A stretch of DNA of 23,258 nt from a virus: positions 1-23,258 of the IMG/VR virus record IMGVR_UViG_3300005713_000003; one strand, 5' to 3'. Each line of letters starts with the position of its first letter. Within the stretch, counting starts at the first letter, position 1. Made by a program: the position numbers and the translations under genes. The notes below the pieces were generated by a model, which saw nothing but the letters and a program-made list of their open reading frames with translations, was not told the origin of the DNA and did no database searches. Positions 7,398 to 14,437 of the stretch are shown piece after piece.

Positions 7398-7790
7398 ATG
7401 GCAGCACCCCTCACGTTCAACCCGTTCCGCGCCGCCTTCGGTGTCGTGGAGGATCCACCGCGGCCCGCGCCGCCGGCGCGTCGTCGCGTTGGCCCGCGCT
7501 CACACGAGGGGAGCGGACGCCCTAGCATCGCCGCTACTCGTGTGGGCGCCGCACCTGATGCTACGGACGCTCGCCGCGGCCCGCGCCGCCCGCCACGCCC
7601 CGGCGAGCGCGCGGGAGCTGAGCCATGTGGTCGCCCGGGTTCCGAAGGCCCGCGCAGCGGGCTCCGTTCCGCGAGCCCCCTGGGGGGGGGCGGCGCGAAG
7701 CGCGCGGCAGGGGGGGCGGGAAGGACGCTGGTGGTTGCCGTGGTCTATCGACGGCCGTTTCGCACGCCGTCCGAGGAGCGCCCGCTGTGA
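7398..7790 (+). CDS. Arg/Pro/Gly-rich, probably disordered basic protein (130 aa); coding status and frame uncertain
   Basis: The ATG lies 12 nt after the previous stop, and its stop overlaps the holin-candidate start (GTGA at 7787..7790). However, all three + frames are open here, and frame 7333..7977 has equal or higher third-position GC. The ORF contains a C5-T-G9 tract. Confidence 0.4.
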   Translation: MAAPLTFNPFRAAFGVVEDPPRPAPPARRRVGPRSHEGSGRPSIAATRVGAAPDATDARRGPRRPPRPGERAGAEPCGRPGSEGPRSGLRSASPLGGGGAKRAAGGAGRTLVVAVVYRRPFRTPSEERPL

Positions 7791-8005
7791 GCGCCTTCGG
7801 TGGGATCGTGCTGAGCATCCTTCTGGCCATTTGGATGACCGGGTGCCTGCTGTGCATCGCGGTTCCGATCGTCGACCCGAAGGCCCGCGCGGGCATGTGG
7901 GGCTGGCCGTGGCTGGTGCCCGTGTGGCCGTTGCCGGTGCTTTGGGACACGGTGGTGATGCTGCGTCGTCGCGCTGAAGCGAAGCGGGGGCGTGCATGCG
8001 ACTGA
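7787..8005 (+). CDS. Holin candidate (72 aa, two TM helices, charged C-terminus)
   Basis: It reads VSAFGGIVLSILLAIWMTGCLLCIAV ... MWGWPWLVPVWPLPVLWDTVVML followed by RRRAEAKRGRACD. Third-position GC is very high. It overlaps the lysozyme start by 10 nt. It is a sub-ORF of track ORF 7625..8005. Confidence 0.65.
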   Translation: MSAFGGIVLSILLAIWMTGCLLCIAVPIVDPKARAGMWGWPWLVPVWPLPVLWDTVVMLRRRAEAKRGRACD

Positions 8006-8640
8006 GCCCGGCCGGCGTTCAATTCATCAAGGGCGAAGAAGGGCTCAGCCTCACCGCCTATCGCGACCCGCCGATCGCGGATCAGAACGCTCAGCTTTGG
8101 AGCGTCGGCTACGGGCATCAGCTCGGGAAAGGCCCCCAGTGGGAGGGGTACACGATCACTCGCGCCGAAGCCGATCGGCTCTTCGATGCTGATCGCGTCT
8201 CGCGCGAAGCGGCGGTGTCGTATCTGACCCCCGTCGCCAACCAGCAGCAATTCGATGCAATGGTGTCGCTGGCGTACAACATCGGGATCGGCGATCAGAC
8301 GCGCCAGAAGGACGGCGGCTTCGCCACCTCGACGGTGCAGCGCTTGCACAACCTCGGTGATTACCAGGGAGCGGCGGACGCCTTTCGTCTCTGGAAAAAT
8401 TCCGCCGGCGCCGTCAACCCGGTGTTGGTTGCGCGTCGCGAGCGTGAGCGCTCGCTCTATCTGAGCGGTCCGACCTACAGCCAGCCTGCCCAGTCGCCTG
8501 CGCCGGCGCCTTCGCCTGCCCCGGTGGCTTCGAGCACGCCGCGAAACGTTGCAGCCATCACCGCGGCTGGGCTGGTTTTTTTTTGCCCCTCGTGTGGAGC
8601 GCGCTCAGCCAGCGTAGGCATCGAGGTTGACGATGGGTGA
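7996..8640 (+). CDS. GH24 (T4/lambda-type) phage lysozyme / endolysin with a Pro/Ala-rich C-terminal extension
   Basis: The N-terminal signature FIKGEEGLSLTAYRDP...LWSVGYGH matches the catalytic Glu/Asp/Thr region of GH24 muramidases. The motif QQQFDAMVSLAYNIG is also typical. The C-terminal tail contains a hydrophobic patch (VAAITAAGLVFF). Confidence 0.9.
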   Translation: MRLSPAGVQFIKGEEGLSLTAYRDPPIADQNAQLWSVGYGHQLGKGPQWEGYTITRAEADRLFDADRVSREAAVSYLTPVANQQQFDAMVSLAYNIGIGDQTRQKDGGFATSTVQRLHNLGDYQGAADAFRLWKNSAGAVNPVLVARRERERSLYLSGPTYSQPAQSPAPAPSPAPVASSTPRNVAAITAAGLVFFCPSCGARSASVGIEVDDG

Positions 8641-9454
8641 GACCACGAATTTCCGAAAGGTCGTGCCCACCGAGCTCCCGCAACACATTGCGGCAACGGA
8701 GGACTGGAAGGCGTGGCCGCGCAAGCTCGAGGCGCACGTCCGCTGGGGCGTGCGCGAGCGGCAGGTCACCTCGTATTGCCGCACGGGGCGGCTGGTTGTG
8801 TGGCGTTGCCCGGACGAGTCGTTGCGCATTGACCCATCGCAAATGGAGGAACTCTTTGGCGTCGAGGGAGCGGTACAGGGGCGCGCGGCTCGCGACGTCC
8901 CGCCGGATGCCCCTGAACGAAAAGAGCCGGCTTCGAAGCGACCCGCGCGAGATGACTGGGATTACTCCGACCCGCTCCCCGCGGTCGTTAAGGAGCTCCG
9001 TGGGGTGATTGCTCAGCAGCAAACGGCGATCGCCGATCTGCTGAAAATGTCAACGGACCCGATCAAGTATGCGATGCAACTCGCGGAAAAGGTTACTGCG
9101 TCGGCCCTGAGCGAGCTCAGCGCGCTACGGGCGAAGGACCTGGAAAGTGCGGTCCTTCGCGAAGAGCTCCTGACCACGAAGCACATTCGGGACCTGGAGC
9201 TCGCGAAGCAACAGGCCGCCGATCGGCGGAAGGACGAGACGCTGGCCTTGCTCAAGGCGAAGGCGCCGGCGTTGTTGGATCGTTTCTTCGCGACGACCGA
9301 TTTGGCGTCGTTTGTCAAAACAATAGACCCGGCGCTCCTTTTGATGCTGCTCGAGTCAGGGACCCTGACCGAAGAGCAGGCAGCGACCTTGCGCCGGGTC
9401 TCTGGAATTGGGAAAACGCCGGTCAACGGCAAAGGTAGCGAGGTAGTGCAATGA
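8633..9454 (+). CDS. Protein with an N-terminal excisionase/MerR-like HTH and a long coiled-coil region (273 aa)
   Basis: GAGG lies 6 nt before the ATG at 8633. WGVRERQVTSYCRTGRLVVWRCPDESLRIDPSQMEELF resembles HTH_17/excisionase-type DNA-binding domains. The remainder is helical and charged. Confidence 0.7.
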   Translation: MGETTNFRKVVPTELPQHIAATEDWKAWPRKLEAHVRWGVRERQVTSYCRTGRLVVWRCPDESLRIDPSQMEELFGVEGAVQGRAARDVPPDAPERKEPASKRPARDDWDYSDPLPAVVKELRGVIAQQQTAIADLLKMSTDPIKYAMQLAEKVTASALSELSALRAKDLESAVLREELLTTKHIRDLELAKQQAADRRKDETLALLKAKAPALLDRFFATTDLASFVKTIDPALLLMLLESGTLTEEQAATLRRVSGIGKTPVNGKGSEVVQ

Positions 9455-10053
9455 GCGGTCAGGACGGCGTCTACAAGGCGCTCGAAGGGCTCCGAGTCGA
9501 GGTTTCGATCGTCAAAAAGCAAGTCACCCCCGTGGTTGACTTCCTGAAGCGCGTTCAGGGTGCGGCAAGCCGCCTCGACGTGATTGAGCGGACCATGACG
9601 GCCGTGGAGGCGAAGCTAGGGATCGTGCGAGCTCCGGAGCCGGCGGCGCCGGCGGCTGGGGCGAAGAGCCCAGCGAAGGCCGCTGCGCGCCCCGTGGTGG
9701 CGCCGCCCGTCGTCGAGGTGGTGTCGGTGCTCGATGGGCCGCCGGAGCCGTCGACGTTGCTCGCGGCTGCCTTCGAGACGGCAGAAAACCCCGCCGCGGT
9801 CGTGGATGCGATCAGGGACGTCGCGCTGGGTTTCTTTCAGGACCTGGGGCAACAGATCGCGCGCGCGCTCCCGAAGTCCGCGCCGCCGGCCGCGGCTCCC
9901 GCTGAGGCTGCCCCTGAGGCAGCCGCGGCTCCCGCTGAGCCCGCGCCGCCGGCGAAGCCGAAGCCGCCGGCGCGCGCCACCACCCGTGCGTTCGTTGACG
10001 ACCTGGGCATTCCGCCCGGGAGCGTCGTCGAGCACGTCCAGACGAAAGGCTGA
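9451..10053 (+). CDS. Hypothetical protein with an N-terminal coiled coil and Ala/Pro-rich regions (200 aa)
   Basis: ATGA overlap with the upstream gene. Third-position GC is high. Confidence 0.7.
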   Translation: MSGQDGVYKALEGLRVEVSIVKKQVTPVVDFLKRVQGAASRLDVIERTMTAVEAKLGIVRAPEPAAPAAGAKSPAKAAARPVVAPPVVEVVSVLDGPPEPSTLLAAAFETAENPAAVVDAIRDVALGFFQDLGQQIARALPKSAPPAAAPAEAAPEAAAAPAEPAPPAKPKPPARATTRAFVDDLGIPPGSVVEHVQTKG

Positions 10054-10057
10054 GCCG

Positions 10058-10297
10058 ATGGCAGCGAAGAAAGCAGGCCCGAAGACGCGAAGCGAGGTTT
10101 TCGCGGGCCTCGAGCACAACCCGAAGTATCAAAACCTGCACAAGGCGAAAGACAAGCTCGAGGCAGCGTTGACGCTGGCGAAGGCTGCCCGCGATCCCGC
10201 GTCGGTGAAGGCGATGGGTCGTGCCTTCGATCGCGTCGTCGCTCAGATGATCAAGGTCGAAAACGCTGCGTTGAAGCGAGCGGGGTTCAAGGTCTGA
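10058..10297 (+). CDS. Small basic helical protein (79 aa)
   Basis: ATG at 10058, a sub-ORF of track ORF 9734..10297, with AAAGG upstream. The next gene starts immediately after its stop (TGAATG). Confidence 0.6.
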   Translation: MAAKKAGPKTRSEVFAGLEHNPKYQNLHKAKDKLEAALTLAKAARDPASVKAMGRAFDRVVAQMIKVENAALKRAGFKV

Positions 10298-10675
10298 ATG
10301 GCTGTCGAGCGCGCAAACCCGCTGCCTCAGGGGCGATATTGGGTCGACCTTTCCCCGGATGACTTGCTCCCGTTCAACGTGTGGCTCGGTCAGAACAAGG
10401 GATCGGTGGCGGTGCGCGCTTCGAGCAAGTCGGCGACGGATGGCTGGGAGTGGGTGCTGTTCGATGTTGTCGCGCCGGCCATGGTATTTTGGAACGGCCC
10501 GGGGTATCCAACGATCGCTCCGGCGGATGCGACGTCTGAGCGGGACGTCAAACAGATCCCGATCGTACAGGGGTCGGGCCCGGGTGACTTCGCCACGAAA
10601 CTGGTGATGGGGCTCGCGCCGTGGGCACTCGCGGCGGTGCTAGGTGTCTACGCGATCAAGCGCGTTTTGAAGTGA
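10298..10675 (+). CDS. C-terminally membrane-anchored protein (125 aa)
   Basis: ATG ORF with a Trp-rich soluble domain and a C-terminal TM segment (LVMGLAPWALAAVLGVYAI) followed by KRVLK. Confidence 0.7.
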   Translation: MAVERANPLPQGRYWVDLSPDDLLPFNVWLGQNKGSVAVRASSKSATDGWEWVLFDVVAPAMVFWNGPGYPTIAPADATSERDVKQIPIVQGSGPGDFATKLVMGLAPWALAAVLGVYAIKRVLK

Positions 10676-10685
10676 GGAGCAAGCA

Positions 10686-10982
10686 ATGTCACAGGTAGTT
10701 CGAAACGGATCGAGCGGCGAGATCGTCGCCAACATCGGAGCCATCGCGGTTCCGCAAACCGCCGTTGCCGTCACGGCTTCGGCTTCGGCAACGGCGGCTT
10801 TCACTGGCGCTGAGGTGGGCGATATCGTGAAGGTCTCCCCGCTCGCGGCGTTGCAGGGTGGGATCGGGATCGCGTCGGCCTTCGTTGCGGTGACTGGCGT
10901 GATCACGCTTCAGCTGATCAACGTGGGTGCCAACGCGACGCTGAGCGCTCAGACCATGTGGGCGGAGTGCGTACACCACTGA
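10686..10982 (+). CDS. Small beta-rich, Ala/Val/Gly-rich protein (98 aa); minor structural candidate
   Basis: A strong SD (GAGGAG at 10674..10679) precedes it. There is no TM segment. The composition suggests a small beta sandwich. Confidence 0.7.
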   Translation: MSQVVRNGSSGEIVANIGAIAVPQTAVAVTASASATAAFTGAEVGDIVKVSPLAALQGGIGIASAFVAVTGVITLQLINVGANATLSAQTMWAECVHH

Positions 10983-11018
10983 TCGAGTCCTGACCTTTCG
11001 AAAGGCTTCTGGAAGAGC

Positions 11019-12110
11019 ATGACGACAGAGATGGATCCGATCGCGGTGGACTTGCCCGACTATGCGATCTGCACCCCGTACTGGGGTGCGGTCGACATAG
11101 AGCACGATGATTGCAAGCGGTGGCTCCGTGGAGCGCTCCCGACGCTGAAACACTACAGGGTCACCGCTTGCGCCTACATCGATCTGGCGCGAGCCGCGCT
11201 GGTGCGAATGGTGGAGATGAACGGGCATCGCGGGCTCGTTTTCATTGACCATGACATTCTCTTCCAGCCGGGCGATGTTGCAGCGCTGATTCGCTCGGCT
11301 GAGGCGAATCAGGCGGTGGTGAGCGGCGCCTATTGCATGCGCAAAAGCGGTGACAAGATCATCGCTGGCTTTCATGAGATGTACCGGCGGGCGACCTTCT
11401 TTGAAGGGGGTGACCTGTATGCTGGGGCGTGGAGCGGGCTCGGCTTCACTGCGATCCCGTGGGCGGTGATCGAGCGGGTCGTGAAGCATTTCGACATGCC
11501 GCGGCTGCACACTCCGATCCCGGATATCGATGGTGTGTGGCCGCTCTTCGCGCTGGACGTGTCGGGCACCTGGTACAACGGCGAAGACATTTCGTTTGTG
11601 CAACGGCTCAAAGCGGCGGGCGAGTCGTTGCTGATCGACACGCGCGCGCGGCTATTTCATAAGGGGAGCTACTCCTACGGGATCGAAGATGCTCAGGTGA
11701 TCGTGCCGCGAGCGAAGACGCTTTACGTCGATTTGAAGCCGAAGCAACCCGCGCCGAAGGCAGCGGCGGGCGAGCAATTCGAAGGCCTGGACGCTGGTGT
11801 CGATCCGGTGGTGCTCGAAGAGCAAACACGAAGCGAGCGTTACACTGCAGCAAAAATGGAGTGGCTCGAAGCGCGCCGGCGGGCGGGCGGCGTGCTGCCT
11901 CAGGAAGAGGAGGCTCGTTTCGCTGACCAGTGCGATCGCATTTGGGTGACGCTCACACCTGCTGAGTGTCAACGGCTTGCGGACGCTGCGCGTTCCCCCG
12001 TGCACGCTGATGCGATCGTGGATCCGGACTCGTGTGACTGCCGCTGGTGTGTGGGCGCGCGCGCGGGTTTCGATTTGCCGCGCGAAGAGCAGGCGAGTCC
12101 AGGGCCCTAA
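11019..12110 (+). CDS. GT-A fold (GT2-like) glycosyltransferase with a C-terminal charged/Cys-containing extension (363 aa)
   Basis: It has YAICTPYWG near the N-terminus, a DxD-like motif (VFIDHDILF), and GEDISFVQRLKAAG...LFHKG, as in many GT2-like phage and bacterial transferases. The last ~130 aa have no match I recognise (contains DSCDCRWC). Confidence 0.6.
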   Translation: MTTEMDPIAVDLPDYAICTPYWGAVDIEHDDCKRWLRGALPTLKHYRVTACAYIDLARAALVRMVEMNGHRGLVFIDHDILFQPGDVAALIRSAEANQAVVSGAYCMRKSGDKIIAGFHEMYRRATFFEGGDLYAGAWSGLGFTAIPWAVIERVVKHFDMPRLHTPIPDIDGVWPLFALDVSGTWYNGEDISFVQRLKAAGESLLIDTRARLFHKGSYSYGIEDAQVIVPRAKTLYVDLKPKQPAPKAAAGEQFEGLDAGVDPVVLEEQTRSERYTAAKMEWLEARRRAGGVLPQEEEARFADQCDRIWVTLTPAECQRLADAARSPVHADAIVDPDSCDCRWCVGARAGFDLPREEQASPGP

Positions 12111-12119
12111 ATAGCGAAA

Positions 12120-12145
12120 CTCCCCGAAGGCGAGCCTTCGGGGAG
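12120..12145 (+). terminator. Strong stem-loop terminator candidate after the structural/GT operon
   Basis: Perfect 11-bp stem CTCCCCGAAGG / CCTTCGGGGAG with loop CGAG, starting 10 nt after the stop at 12110. There is no clear U-tract, which is common in high-GC genomes. Confidence 0.65.
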
Positions 12146-12577
12146 CCATTGTCAATCGGAATCGGCGATCAGGTAGAGCTAGTTCGAAGACGGCAAAGTG
12201 CAGCGAAGAGCAACGACTCAGATCAGAAAAACGACACAGTTAACCGAAGCTAACGGGGCAATTTCTCACACCAGAAACGCGACTAACTCGTGAATCCAAC
12301 CACCGAAATACAGCGAAGTCAAGCGGCGCGAGCGTGCGGCATAACACCCCGTACGACCCGGGCGGCCACTGGTGACAGTGACCGCGCGCTCCCGCCGCTC
12401 GGCTTAGCGCTGGGGAGCGAGGTTTTGTCTCAGCAAACCGGGGCGATAGCTTGCGCATTTTGTCACGCAATCGCGTCCGCTTGCCGGAAACGCGGCGGTG
12501 GTTGTTGCGCTCGCTGCAAATGTGTGCCGACCGCGGTTGAGCGCGTTTCAGGCCCGGCGCCGTTCGTCAACCTCGGA

Positions 12578-12781
12578 ATGGGGGGCGAGCCCATTCACCC
12601 CCGCAAGTGCGGCGCGGGTTGCCGGCATTGCAGCGCGATCGGTCTGTACCGCGGCGCGTCGGAATCGAACCGCCGGAGCGCGATCCTCACCAGCGGGGAG
12701 GGGCACGACGTCGAGCCCAACTTTTCGACGAACGCGCCAAAGTTGGGAACACCGCCCGATCCATCGGAGCCGAAGCCGTGA
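12578..12781 (+). CDS. Possible small Cys-containing protein (67 aa; alternative GTG start at 12524)
   Basis: Third-position GC is about 80% over roughly 80 codons. The stop overlaps the next start (GTGA at 12778..12781). There is no good SD and the sequence looks disordered. This call conflicts with the tRNA-like reading of the same DNA. Confidence 0.3.
   Translation: MGGEPIHPRKCGAGCRHCSAIGLYRGASESNRRSAILTSGEGHDVEPNFSTNAPKLGTPPDPSEPKP
12650..12695 (-). other. tRNA 3'-half-like sequence (anticodon-arm-like, T-arm and 3' acceptor strand); not a complete canonical tRNA
   Basis: The minus strand reads ...CGCTG-GTGAGGA-TCGCG-CTCC-GGCGG-TTCGATT-CCGAC-GCGCCGC-G. It contains the canonical T-loop 11-mer GGTTCGATTCC (+ strand 12661..12671). 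I could not fold the 5' half into a cloverleaf. Confidence 0.3.
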
Positions 12782-13020
12782 GCTCAGCGCGGCCAGCGTG
12801 GTGTGCGTCGTGCGGCATGAGCGAGCGTCTCTGTCAAGCGAAACGCTCGAAGCTTCGCCAGCGATGCTGCGCGTCGTGCACGTGCACACCTGAGGTGGCG
12901 GCGCGGCCAACCATGTTGGCGCCGGACGAGTGCGCCTCGACGTGCGGCTATCCGCCGGGCGCATGCGTCGACGGCTGCCGGCGCGCGAAGCTGGCCTCGA
13001 AACTCGGGAACGGCACATGA
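12778..13020 (+). CDS. Small Cys-rich protein (80 aa, 12 Cys; zinc-binding or disulfide-rich)
   Basis: The GTG start overlaps the upstream stop, and the stop overlaps the next start (ATGA at 13017..13020). Motifs include WCASCG, CCASCTC and ECASTCGYPPGACVDGC. Third-position GC is about 80%. Confidence 0.5.
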   Translation: MSSARPAWCASCGMSERLCQAKRSKLRQRCCASCTCTPEVAARPTMLAPDECASTCGYPPGACVDGCRRAKLASKLGNGT

Positions 13021-13211
13021 CCTATCGCCGCGTCAAGCGCACCCGTTGGGATGTTGTTGCGCTGATCGCGGTTTGGGTGGTGGCTGGTTTCGTTACCGGG
13101 TTGACCGCGGCGCGGGTTTGGTGGGTGGCCAGCGTGCGGTGCATGCATGGTCCGGCTCGTTTGTCTAGGCACTTCGCGGATAACCCGAGTCGTGCCCCGG
13201 GAGGCTGGTGA
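13017..13211 (+). CDS. Small single-pass membrane protein (64 aa)
   Basis: ATGA-coupled to the previous ORF. A basic N-terminus is followed by a TM segment (VVALIAVWVVAGFVTGLTAA). Confidence 0.5.
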   Translation: MTYRRVKRTRWDVVALIAVWVVAGFVTGLTAARVWWVASVRCMHGPARLSRHFADNPSRAPGGW

Positions 13212-13348
13212 TGGGCCTGAAAGGGCGCCTTGTCAGGCGCGGCCCGACTCCCCCGGGCTGGGGCAGGCAGCGTGCGCGCGCGCTCGAGCGGCGTTGCAGC
13301 GCGCCCCAGGGCGAGTGCAGGTCGTCCGACACCAGCGAGCTCCCGTTC

Positions 13349-13840
13349 CTACTCTCGGTGCCCAGCCGGCGCGTCCAGCGGCGCCGCCGGCGCGTCTGGA
13401 CGGCGCTCGCCTTCGCCCTGAGCCTCGCTCTTTGGTGGCTCGTCTACAGGGCCACCAGGGCCACGGGAGCACTCGGCTTCGATTTCGACTTCGAGGCCAC
13501 GCATGCGGTGGCCGCCGTACGGAATGCCCACCGGGTCGATCACCGCGTAAGTCGCTACGCGCTTCAGCAACTCGAAGCGCCGTTTCGCATCTTGCTCGCT
13601 GCCCCTGAGGCGCTCGACTTCCGCGATCAGGATGCGAATGCAGCGGGCGAAGGCCGACACGCCACCGCCCGCCGTTGCGAGCTTCCAGCGGGCAAGGTCA
13701 GCGTCTGTTGGCCGGGGCAACGGGGCTTTGCTCAGGAGCTCTTCGATTTGGGCGAGCAATCGCCTTTCGCCACCGGGGCAACTGACCGCGCATTCAATGC
13801 CGGCTTCAGCGTTGCATTCGGGGCAACGACACCAGGTCAT
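13349..13840 (-). CDS. Cys-rich coiled-coil protein, paralog of the upstream gene (163 aa)
   Basis: The start follows the upstream stop directly (TAAATG). It has an N-terminal Cys cluster (WCRCPECNAEAGIECAVSCPG). It shares the module PLPRPTDADLARW...IRILIAEVERL with the gene at 13841..14437. Third-position GC is high on this strand. The overlapping + ORF 13208..14566 looks like a shadow ORF. Confidence 0.7.
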   Translation of the reverse strand: MTWCRCPECNAEAGIECAVSCPGGERRLLAQIEELLSKAPLPRPTDADLARWKLATAGGGVSAFARCIRILIAEVERLRGSEQDAKRRFELLKRVATYAVIDPVGIPYGGHRMRGLEVEIEAECSRGPGGPVDEPPKSEAQGEGERRPDAPAAPLDAPAGHRE

Positions 13841-14437
13841 TTACCCGTTCCCTTCGCGGTGATCGCGCAGCGCCCCGTTCAGGCGGTCGACTTCGGCAAT
13901 CAGGATCCGGATGACCCGGAAGAGCGGCTCGAGCAGTCCACTGGGGCTGTGTCGGGCCGAAAGGGCCGCCTGCCGTCGCCAGCGCTCCAGGTCGGCCGCG
14001 GTCGGCCTGGGAAGGGGCTGATCGTCGAAGGCGTCGAAGGACTCCGGAATGCCGTGAGACTGGCGATTCGCCAGCGGCGCGAGCCGTCCGCTGGTTCCGT
14101 ACTGACACCAGCCGGCGCCGTGGTAGGGCCGCTGGTTGTCGCCGCATGGGCAAGGCTCGGGAGTGCAGGCGAGCTCTTCCAGCCTCAGGACGCGCCGGAA
14201 CAACCCTTCGAATTTGGCGGCGAGTCGACTGGTTGCGGGGTTGCCGCTGGTTTCGAGCTCGATCACGCGCCGCTCGATACGAGCGAAGCATTCCAGCGTC
14301 ATTCGATTCATATTGCTTTGGAAAGTGGCGTCCGGTGCATCCGCTTGCGGTTCGCCGCGGGCACCAGCAGCACAAGCGTCGCAACGCAAGTGGAAACCGA
14401 CTCCGTGTTGGCAGGTGGTGATTTTGCCGTCTGTCAT
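13841..14437 (-). CDS. Cys-rich coiled-coil protein (198 aa), divergent from rep
   Basis: It has two Cys clusters (TTCQHGVGFHLRCDAC and CTPEPCPCGDNQRPYHGAGWC) and the module PLPRPTAADLERW...IRILIAEVDRL. Third-position GC is high. Confidence 0.7.
   Translation of the reverse strand: MTDGKITTCQHGVGFHLRCDACAAGARGEPQADAPDATFQSNMNRMTLECFARIERRVIELETSGNPATSRLAAKFEGLFRRVLRLEELACTPEPCPCGDNQRPYHGAGWCQYGTSGRLAPLANRQSHGIPESFDAFDDQPLPRPTAADLERWRRQAALSARHSPSGLLEPLFRVIRILIAEVDRLNGALRDHREGNG

Noticed and set aside
7333-7977. 214-aa ORF overlapping the capsid-candidate end and the whole holin candidate
   Set aside because: It would overlap the well-supported holin frame completely. It is retained only as an alternative frame for 7440..7700 in the finding on the G9 region.
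12650-12740. Calling a bona fide tRNA gene on the minus strand
   Set aside because: The T-arm and 3' acceptor strand are convincing, but there is no matching 5' acceptor strand at the right distance. The would-be D-arm is a 6-bp hairpin with a 10-nt loop, and the anticodon stem has a mismatch. It is reported only as tRNA-like. tRNAscan-SE should decide.
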